Below, in pieces: positions 15,619-22,300 of a stretch of 22,300 nucleotides of DNA; within the stretch, counting starts at the first letter, position 1, and every line of letters starts with the position of its first letter. The notes under the pieces are model-generated. The model saw nothing but the letters and a program-made list of their open reading frames with translations. It was not told the origin of the DNA and searched no databases. This stretch comes from Elusimicrobiota bacterium (GTDB taxonomy: Bacteria > CG03 > SLGR01 > JBDRKX01). The translations under genes and the position numbers were made by a program. The stretch is taken from assembly GCA_043813605.1 (NCBI GenBank), contig JBDRKX010000022.1, positions 1-22,300 on the forward strand, read 5' to 3'.

Positions 15619-16607
15619 AATGGGATAATCCATTTTTTCTATATTCCCTTCTGGCTGTTCCATTACTTATGGTATTGCTTCTTTTGTTTGAGAGGAGCAG
15701 GCGTATATATCTTGAGAATAAGATAAAGCCGGCCGGGCTTCTGCTCATGTCTTTCGGTATGATGCGGTTCAAGAGAATATTGTTTATCAGCGGTATGGTT
15801 TTCCTGCTCTTAGCGGCGGCTTCTCCAAGGTGGGGAAAAAACATGCAGAAAATAAAGAAAATAAGCAAGGATATTATATTTCTGGTAGATACTTCTAAAA
15901 GTATGCTGGCTGAAGATATTAATCCGTCCAGGATGGAATTATCTAAGAGAAAAATGATATTCATGGTTGAGAATATGATCGGAACAAGATGCGGTATAAT
16001 ATTCTTTGCAGGTAAAGCTTTTATGCAGTGTCCGGTTACATTTGATCTTGACGCACTCGGATTCCTTGCTAATGAAGCTTGGAATAACATGGTCCCGCTT
16101 CCCGGAACAAATATAGAATCTGCAGTCAGACTGGCATTAAAATCATTTCCGTCTTCAGGAAAGGTATCTGAGAGGTATATAATACTCTTGACTGACGGTG
16201 AGGAACTTCAGGGACAAGCAGAATCTGTGCTGGATATCCTGAAAGAATCAGGCACCAGGGTAATAGCCCTTGGAATAGGTACAGGCGCCGGTGCTCCTAT
16301 ACCTATCAAGAATAAAGATGGTGTGAAGAATTATAAAAAGGATAGAGAGGGCAATACAGTGATGACCAGGCTCGGCAGCGATATCCTGAGAAAACTGGCA
16401 GATTCATCCGGAGGTATGTATCTTGATTCAACAGGGAATGCTTCTGATGTTAACCTTATACTTGAGTTTTTGAAAAAGGAATCGACCACTGAAGGAGATG
16501 AGAGGATGATTGCCCAACTGGAGCACAGATTCCAGTACCCGCTTGCCATGGCGCTTTTTTTATTTGTATTTGAGTTCATTTTAAGTGAGAGAAGGAAGAA
16601 AAGGTGA
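15615..16607 (+). CDS. batB: BatB-like vWA domain membrane protein
   Basis: AAASPRWG, MIDAS motif DTSKSMLAEDINPSRM, FAGKAFMQCPVTFD, GTNI, LLTDGEE, GIGTGAGAPIP, RFQYPL + TM. Follows batA with an ATGA overlap. Confidence 0.88.
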   Translation: MKWDNPFFLYSLLAVPLLMVLLLLFERSRRIYLENKIKPAGLLLMSFGMMRFKRILFISGMVFLLLAAASPRWGKNMQKIKKISKDIIFLVDTSKSMLAEDINPSRMELSKRKMIFMVENMIGTRCGIIFFAGKAFMQCPVTFDLDALGFLANEAWNNMVPLPGTNIESAVRLALKSFPSSGKVSERYIILLTDGEELQGQAESVLDILKESGTRVIALGIGTGAGAPIPIKNKDGVKNYKKDREGNTVMTRLGSDILRKLADSSGGMYLDSTGNASDVNLILEFLKKESTTEGDERMIAQLEHRFQYPLAMALFLFVFEFILSERRKKR

Positions 16608-17206
16608 AATCAAGGACGTTATTTTTTATCATAGTTGTTCTATTTAACACCGATGCTCTTTATGCCTGGCCTGCACTCAAAGTGAATAAGGGAAATAAAA
16701 TATATGAGAACGGTGATTTCAAAGAAGCTGAATCTGTATATCTTGAAGCACTTGCTGAAAAAGAGAGCGCCCGGATATACTATAATCTTGCCAACTCTTA
16801 TTATAACCAGGGCAAACTGGAGGAGGCAGAAGAAAACTACGAAAAGGCGCTCAGTATAGCTGAAGATGCAGAAATCAGGCAGAAAATATATTATAACCTC
16901 GGGAACGTATATTTTAAGAAGAAGAGATATGCCGGTTCAGTAGCTTCATGGAAAAAGATGCTTATGTCTGATTCCGCTGATGAAGATACAAGGTTTAACA
17001 TGGAAGTGGCTTTAAAGCTTATGCGTAAGAAGAACTTGAAAATGCCTCAATCCAAACCTAAACCAAAAGAGAGCGATGATGAAAAAAAGAAAAAGGATAA
17101 GAGAGAAGCAAAGAATAAACTGAGAGAGATGGGGAACAAAATTCAGAAACCGAACCGAGAAAAGAGAAAGATAGATCCCAAAATAAGAGTGGAGAAAGAC
17201 TGGTGA
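16604..17206 (+). CDS. batC: BatC-like TPR protein
   Basis: Signal peptide, TPR motifs (GNKIYENGDFKEAE..Y, YYNLANSYYNQG, YYNLGNVYF), DEDTRFNME, a Lys/Glu-rich tail and the terminal EKDW typical of BatC. GTG start overlapping the upstream TGA. Confidence 0.8.
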   Translation: MKSRTLFFIIVVLFNTDALYAWPALKVNKGNKIYENGDFKEAESVYLEALAEKESARIYYNLANSYYNQGKLEEAEENYEKALSIAEDAEIRQKIYYNLGNVYFKKKRYAGSVASWKKMLMSDSADEDTRFNMEVALKLMRKKNLKMPQSKPKPKESDDEKKKKDKREAKNKLREMGNKIQKPNREKRKIDPKIRVEKDW

Positions 17207-19590
17207 AATATCTGTTTTTTTTGATTATTATCGCAGTGCCGTGCAGGCTGCTGGCTCAGTTCGACATAAATGTAACCATGAAATCGGATACAGTCCGGAT
17301 CGGGGAAGAATTCGAACTGGAAGTTACAGTAACGGGGGGTGTAAGAAGCATACCGGATCCGAATTTGCCCGATATGTCCATGTTTGAGATAACCGGCAGA
17401 GGGAGTAGCTCCAAGGCTGTCCCTTTCAGAGGAAAATCCGGTACATCTACAACATACGTATATTACCTATCCCCTCGAATAGCCGGAGAATATACTATTG
17501 CTCCATTCACGCTTGATTATAAAGGCAAAAAATATGTGTCCCGGCCGGTCAGGATAAGGGTTCTTGATGAAAAGAAACATTTTGAGTTCCAGACGAGTTC
17601 TAAAGCCGATGAGAAAGATATACCTAAGATATTCATTGAACAGGAGATAGATAAGAAAAAACCTTTTACCGGCGAACAGATAATCTATACATTTAAGATA
17701 TACCAGAGAGAAAATCTGATGACACAGCCTTCATTCGTGCCGCCTCCGTTTAAAGGTTTTGTCAGGGAAGACCTCCCCCCAACGCGGAATTTTAAATCCG
17801 AGATCGCAGGACATGAATACCTGGTTACCGAGATCAGATGTGCTCTCTTTGCAGAAACTGCAGGATGGAAGAGTATTTCTCCGGCAAAACTGATTGTACT
17901 TGTTGAAGACGAGTCAGCTGAAGATTATATAGACAGAATGCTTTCAAAGGGGAAGAAGAAGATACTTGTTACTGATCATATAAATTTCGAAGTTCTTGCT
18001 CTGCCGGATTTCGGCCGGCCATCGGATTTTTCCAATGGGGTGGGAGAATTCAGCATAACTGCAGAAAGTGATAAGATGACAGTAGCGCGGGGGGAACCGG
18101 TATCTGTCACTGTTACCATAGAAGGTTTGGGTAATGCGGCTGTATTTGAAGAACCTGAACTGGGTAAATTGGAAGGGTTCAGAGTTTACGAAACTGTAAT
18201 CGAAGATCATGCGGAATCCAGGAATTACCTGTTTTATTCATCAAAGATATTCAGGATTGTACTTGTTCCAGAAATAGAGGGGCCGCATGTAATACCGAAA
18301 GTTTCAATAAATTATTTTGATCCCAAAGAGAAAGTTTACAAAACAGCAGAGAGCGGGAAGATCAAGTTCATAGTGCAACCCGAAGAAAGTATAAATCAGG
18401 ACGAAACTGTATCCGGCAAAGAACCGCAAAAACAGCTGGACATTAACAGGGACGATATAAGATATATCATGGATAATACGGGAAGAAGGGCAGAGAAACC
18501 TATTCATCTTAGAAAAGGATTCTGGAGTATTGAAAGTATACCTGTCATGTTTTGGATGTTATCCTTTATTCTAACTTACATAAACAAGAACCATATCCAG
18601 CCGCGATATCCGGAAATTCTGAGGAACAGGCAGATAAAACGCGGTTTGCGGGAGAGCCATGTGTTATTAAAAGAAGGCAGGCATGTCGATGTTTACAGGA
18701 AGATAGAAGAAGTATCAGGTCGGCTTGCCGCAGTTCCTGAAGAAATCCGGGATATCGTAAAAAGGGCTAAAGCCAGCGTATATTCACCTGATAAGGCTGA
18801 TCCTGACAGAGTAAACGATGATCTTAAGAAATTCATCCGGCATGTAAAGAAAGGAATGAAGTCCCTGATATGGATAGCAGTTTTTCTTTTATCCGCTTCC
18901 GGTATGCTGGAAGCCGGGGACTTATTCAGTAAGGCTGCAGATTATTACAGTAAAGGAGATTATGAGAGAGCGTCCGCGTTGTATATTGAGTCTCTCGACA
19001 AAGAGGGTCCATATGAAGGTACTATGTATAATCTTGCGAACGCGTACTGGCGTATGGATAAACCCGGTTATGCCCGGCTTTACTGGGAAAGAGCTCTGCA
19101 GCTCAATCCGGCAAATAGAGATGCTGCATACAACATAGGACTTATGTCATCACGTCTTGGCGAGAACATGGAAGAAGATGAAGATCTGTTTGGCAGGCTT
19201 TCTGATATGGCCGGCGCGGTTACGGACATAAACCGGATGATCTTAGCTGTATCAGTATTCGGATGGTTTTTCATGTTTTCTTTTCTGGCATATTACTGGC
19301 AGCGCCGGGAATGGAAATTATGGGCAGGTATGGTCTCCGGAGTGATCTTTATAATGATATTTGGTGTTGCGTACCTGAGAGTTAGGGATGTTACATCCGA
19401 TGACAAGGCGATAGCTGTAAACGAGGCCGTGATATACCACTCACCGGGAGAAGAGTCCGCCGGACAGGGTACTGTACCGGAAGGAAGCAAGGTGAAAATA
19501 CTTGGATCTAAGGAAGAATGGACAGAAGTAGGTATAGCGGCCAGAAATATTAAATTCTGGATAAAAGGTGAATATATAAGGAAGATATAG
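17203..19590 (+). CDS. batD: Fused BatD (Ig-like repeats) - BatE (TPR + TM hairpin + SH3-like) protein
   Basis: BatD motifs (VRIGEEFELEVTV, GEYTIAPF, PFTGEQI, ALPDFGRPSDFSNGVGEFSI, GEPVSVTVTIEGLGN, YFDPKEKVYKT, DIRYI + TM) continue in frame into a BatE-like part (FSKAADYYSKGDYERA, YNLANAYWR, WERALQLNP..RDA.YN, two TM helices, VPEGSKVKIL...EW.EV.....FWI). Confidence 0.8.
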   Translation: MKYLFFLIIIAVPCRLLAQFDINVTMKSDTVRIGEEFELEVTVTGGVRSIPDPNLPDMSMFEITGRGSSSKAVPFRGKSGTSTTYVYYLSPRIAGEYTIAPFTLDYKGKKYVSRPVRIRVLDEKKHFEFQTSSKADEKDIPKIFIEQEIDKKKPFTGEQIIYTFKIYQRENLMTQPSFVPPPFKGFVREDLPPTRNFKSEIAGHEYLVTEIRCALFAETAGWKSISPAKLIVLVEDESAEDYIDRMLSKGKKKILVTDHINFEVLALPDFGRPSDFSNGVGEFSITAESDKMTVARGEPVSVTVTIEGLGNAAVFEEPELGKLEGFRVYETVIEDHAESRNYLFYSSKIFRIVLVPEIEGPHVIPKVSINYFDPKEKVYKTAESGKIKFIVQPEESINQDETVSGKEPQKQLDINRDDIRYIMDNTGRRAEKPIHLRKGFWSIESIPVMFWMLSFILTYINKNHIQPRYPEILRNRQIKRGLRESHVLLKEGRHVDVYRKIEEVSGRLAAVPEEIRDIVKRAKASVYSPDKADPDRVNDDLKKFIRHVKKGMKSLIWIAVFLLSASGMLEAGDLFSKAADYYSKGDYERASALYIESLDKEGPYEGTMYNLANAYWRMDKPGYARLYWERALQLNPANRDAAYNIGLMSSRLGENMEEDEDLFGRLSDMAGAVTDINRMILAVSVFGWFFMFSFLAYYWQRREWKLWAGMVSGVIFIMIFGVAYLRVRDVTSDDKAIAVNEAVIYHSPGEESAGQGTVPEGSKVKILGSKEEWTEVGIAARNIKFWIKGEYIRKI

Positions 19591-19594
19591 GATC

Positions 19595-20734
19595 ATGAAA
19601 ACGATAATACGGCAGGTCATTGCGCTATTAATACTATTTTCAGCATCCGCTCATGCCGGCATAGAGGAATATGTTTCCGATAAGGAACTTATAATGAATT
19701 TAATAGATAAAGCCGCCGGATCAGTGACTGTGTTTGTATCTGAGAATGCGGACAAAGGCAAAACTATTATTCTGCATAATATGGCAGGGGAATCAGGGAC
19801 CGACAAAGACAGGGAGATCCAGTCATTGATAGATGACGCATTGATCAGAGAAATTTCAAAAAAAGGTATGCTAATATCCGAGAGTAACAGGAAAATATTC
19901 GCTGTCGCGGGCAGGCCTGTCCCTGCTTCCGGCAGACCTGATGCAAGTTATGTGCTGGGTTTCAGACTAATAGATGCGTCGGTACATTATGAAAAAGACC
20001 GTGCCCGCGGGAAATATATGAGAATTGCGGTAACGAAACTGAATTGTAGACTTGTAGATACCGGGAATGGCAATATTTTATGGTCGGATTCAATAGAAGA
20101 AACATCGTGCAATATTATACCGAAAAAGCTGTATAAGCATTTGAACAGAAAGACACCTGTTCAGGAAGATGATCACTATACCGCTAAAGAGTCAGCAGGG
20201 CCGAAAAAAAGCGCAGCGCCGGACTACTCTGTTCCTGATGGGACTACCATAGGCCTGTGTGACTGGGTATCCTGCGGGATCGGTTATTGCGAATTCGAAA
20301 ATCTCAATCTTGCTATAGAAGGCGGCATAGGTTACATGGTGATGCCGGGTATTACAGCCGGGTTGAATATCGGATACTTTCCGTATAAATATATAAAGGA
20401 TTCCGGAAATGCTGCCGCTGAGGAATTCAAAGGCGAGGTGTTCTCCGTATGTGTATATGAAAAAACAGAGTTTTATGAAGGACAAAAGACGCATGCTTTT
20501 TTTGTCGCAGGACTCGGAGTATATACATTTGTCGGCCATATTCAGCCGTCTTTACCCGGTGTTGACAGCCGTTCGGGCAGCGAGTTTATCATTGGATTCA
20601 ATACCGGATTGGGTGCCGATTATGACCTGGGTAAAAACCTTAACCTGGTCTTCCAGGCCAAATATCATTATACCGGATATGATTTCGGCAGAGATTTTCA
20701 GTTTATAACATCCGGTCTGGAATATCATTTCTAA
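19595..20734 (+). CDS. Exported protein: CsgG/LpoB/FlgO-like N-terminal domain + C-terminal small (OmpA/OmpW-like) beta-barrel
   Basis: Signal peptide ending ASAHA. LNCRLVDTGNGNILWSDS resembles the CsgG/TolB-N-like fold motif. A charged linker precedes C-terminal strands GFNTGLGADYDLGKNLNLVFQAKYHY...TSGLEYHF with a terminal Phe. Confidence 0.55.
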   Translation: MKTIIRQVIALLILFSASAHAGIEEYVSDKELIMNLIDKAAGSVTVFVSENADKGKTIILHNMAGESGTDKDREIQSLIDDALIREISKKGMLISESNRKIFAVAGRPVPASGRPDASYVLGFRLIDASVHYEKDRARGKYMRIAVTKLNCRLVDTGNGNILWSDSIEETSCNIIPKKLYKHLNRKTPVQEDDHYTAKESAGPKKSAAPDYSVPDGTTIGLCDWVSCGIGYCEFENLNLAIEGGIGYMVMPGITAGLNIGYFPYKYIKDSGNAAAEEFKGEVFSVCVYEKTEFYEGQKTHAFFVAGLGVYTFVGHIQPSLPGVDSRSGSEFIIGFNTGLGADYDLGKNLNLVFQAKYHYTGYDFGRDFQFITSGLEYHF

Positions 20735-20754
20735 AATAAAAGGATTTTCAGGTA

Positions 20755-20783
20755 TTGATTTTTTGCATTCCAAATAGTATTCT
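20755..20783 (+). promoter_or_regulatory. Putative sigma70 promoter for a leaderless PHP transcript
   Basis: TTGATT (20755-20760), 17 bp spacer, TATTCT (20778-20783), then 6 nt to the ATG at 20790. No Shine-Dalgarno in between. Confidence 0.5.
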
Positions 20784-20789
20784 ATCATA

Positions 20790-21458
20790 ATGAAACTTAT
20801 TGACCTTCATACACATACATTTTTTTCTGATGGAGTATTAAGTCCTGCGGAACTGGTATACAGGTGTAAACTGATGGAATGTGAAGCAGTAGCTATTACT
20901 GATCATGTCGATTATTCCAACCTGGAATTTGTTCTGGGTTCTATAAAAAAAGCGGCCGCTAAATTGAGGAAATATTATGAGATAGAGGTTGTTACAGGCG
21001 TAGAGCTTACATATATTCCACCTGTCGATATTGAGAGTATGGTTAATGAAGCAAGACAAAATGGCGCGGAGATCGTAGTTGTTCATGGCGAAACATCGGC
21101 GGAAGAAGTACCGAAAGGAACCAACCTGGCAGCAGTAAAGGCAAAATGCGATATACTGGCGCACCCGGGGCATCTTTCGGAAAGAGAGGCGGAAATCGCT
21201 AAATCAAATAATGTTTGCATAGAACTGACTACGAGGAACGGCCACAGGAATACCAACAATGAAGTATATATTGCTGCAAAAAAGAAGGGATGCAAGATTG
21301 TCCTGAATACCGACACCCATTCTCCAGCGGATCTGATAGAAGAATATACGGTAAAAAAGATACTTCATCTATGTAATATGGGGATAGAAAACTATGCTGA
21401 ATTCAGGAGCAACTCATGGGAACTAGTTGAAAAAGCGAGGCAAACGAGAAGAAGATGA
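20790..21458 (+). CDS. PHP-domain metallo-hydrolase (histidinol-phosphate-phosphatase-domain family)
   Basis: PHP metal-ligand motifs DLHTHTFFSDG, AITDHVD, GVELT, VVHGET, ILAHPG, NTDTH. Confidence 0.85.
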   Translation: MKLIDLHTHTFFSDGVLSPAELVYRCKLMECEAVAITDHVDYSNLEFVLGSIKKAAAKLRKYYEIEVVTGVELTYIPPVDIESMVNEARQNGAEIVVVHGETSAEEVPKGTNLAAVKAKCDILAHPGHLSEREAEIAKSNNVCIELTTRNGHRNTNNEVYIAAKKKGCKIVLNTDTHSPADLIEEYTVKKILHLCNMGIENYAEFRSNSWELVEKARQTRRR

Positions 21459-22150
21459 CAAAAAAATGGGTAAAAGACGAATTAAGAAAGAACAGGCTTG
21501 AAAACGCCGTAATATCATCTATTAAATATGCTAAAGAAAACAGGAACAATATATATGTAGTTATTGTATCCGTAATAGTGATTTTTCTTTTCATAGGGGT
21601 GGTAGTAAAGAACAGGGGAAAGGAGACAATAGCTGCATCAAAGCTCCTGGCTTTTGCTCAGCTTGATTTTGACAGGTTCAACTACGATGCTGCAATAAAG
21701 AAAATCGATAATATCGAAGAGACTTTTAAGACTACATCAGTAATACCGCAGGCACTTTATTTTAAAGGTCTTTCGTATTATCGCAAAGGAAATCATGAGC
21801 AGGCCCGGGAAATCCTTGAAAAATGTATCGGCTTTAGGAAAAATAAGATCGAACCGGAGGCACGCTTATCACTCGCGACAGTATGTGAGGAGATGGGTAA
21901 ATATGAAGATGCACTTGAACATTACAACAACATAAAAGATGACCACTATCTTAAGCCTGAAGCTCTTATGGGAATGGCTAGAATATATGAATTGACAAAG
22001 CGCACTGAAGAGGCCATCGATGTATACACAAAAGTGCAATCGCATTACGTTAATACATATTGGGGAAATCTGGCCGGGATGAGACTGTATGCTTTCGGTA
22101 TCGGGCCTAAGGAAACAGAGAAAATCACTCCAGAAATAGATTTTAATTAG
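21455..22150 (+). CDS. Membrane-anchored TPR protein (YfgM-like architecture)
   Basis: Short basic N-terminus, one TM helix (IYVVIVSVIVIFLFIGVVV), then TPR repeats (ALYFKGLSYYRKG..EQA, ARLSLATVCEEMGKYEDAL..Y, ALMGMARIYE...EEAIDVY). Confidence 0.75.
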   Translation: MTKKWVKDELRKNRLENAVISSIKYAKENRNNIYVVIVSVIVIFLFIGVVVKNRGKETIAASKLLAFAQLDFDRFNYDAAIKKIDNIEETFKTTSVIPQALYFKGLSYYRKGNHEQAREILEKCIGFRKNKIEPEARLSLATVCEEMGKYEDALEHYNNIKDDHYLKPEALMGMARIYELTKRTEEAIDVYTKVQSHYVNTYWGNLAGMRLYAFGIGPKETEKITPEIDFN

Positions 22151-22228
22151 AAAGCTTCAGATCCTGTCAACTCATGCAAGAATGTAACTTTAGTAAAGCG
22201 CGTTTTTTGAAAAATAAATATCATGTTT

Positions 22229-22300
22229 TTAATCCTTGAGATCATTAATATTGGTTGCCAATTTAAAGATTTTATCAAGTTCTTTCAACTTTTTTGGATC
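22229..22300 (-). CDS. Possible 3' end of a convergent gene extending beyond the window
   Basis: The reverse strand reads open from the window edge, DPKKLKELDKIFKLATNINDLKD-stop (TAA at 22231-22229). It looks like an amphipathic helix but is only 23 codons. Confidence 0.3.
   Translation of the reverse strand, partial: DPKKLKELDKIFKLATNINDLKD

Noticed and set aside
20790..21458. Assigning the PHP protein as hisK/hisJ or as part of a defence system
   Set aside because: No his genes or defence partners are nearby, and PHP motifs alone do not fix the substrate.
68..21594. Numerous minus-strand and alternate-frame ORFs of 60-178 aa (e.g. 1673-2209, 13103-13588, 15611-16090)
   Set aside because: All lie over well-supported + strand genes and show no recognisable motifs; they are shadow ORFs.
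22195..22210. AAAGCGCGTTTTTTG as an intrinsic terminator
   Set aside because: The GC core is too short to form a stem-loop ahead of the T run.
1..22300. tRNA, rRNA, CRISPR array, IS element, integrase or prophage
   Set aside because: The window is almost fully coding with internal gaps of 55 bp or less; no repeat-spacer pattern, transposase or integrase motifs were seen.

Overview
Bacterial (diderm) window with 16 tightly packed + strand genes; no RNA genes, CRISPR arrays or mobile elements were seen. (1) 1-13747 is one apparently translationally coupled carbohydrate operon, most likely for beta-1,2-glucan. In order it encodes: a 5'-truncated CBM11-like/GH144/CBM9-like glucanase; a secreted protein with three CBM11-like modules and a T9SS type-B-like/FlgD-Ig C-terminal domain; a PorV/PorQ/PorP-like barrel; a CBM11-like plus putative beta-barrel outer-membrane protein; a fused ABC substrate-binding protein-permease; a second permease; a cytoplasmic GH35 enzyme of the IaSGT/GlmA type; and a MalK/UgpC ATPase. 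(2) 13788-20734 is a Bat cluster (hypothetical, batA, batB, batC, fused batD-batE) with no adjacent moxR/DUF58, followed by a two-domain outer-membrane protein. (3) 20790-22150 holds a PHP-family hydrolase, probably leaderless, and a YfgM-like TPR protein. The best candidate for an undescribed system is the outer-membrane glycan capture module (T9SS-like cargo + dedicated barrel + CBM-barrel fusion), which has no SusC/SusD in the visible part and feeds an ABC importer. The middle CBM of the secreted protein has a sharply different GC content, suggesting a swapped module. All family calls come from reading motifs by eye, not from database searches.
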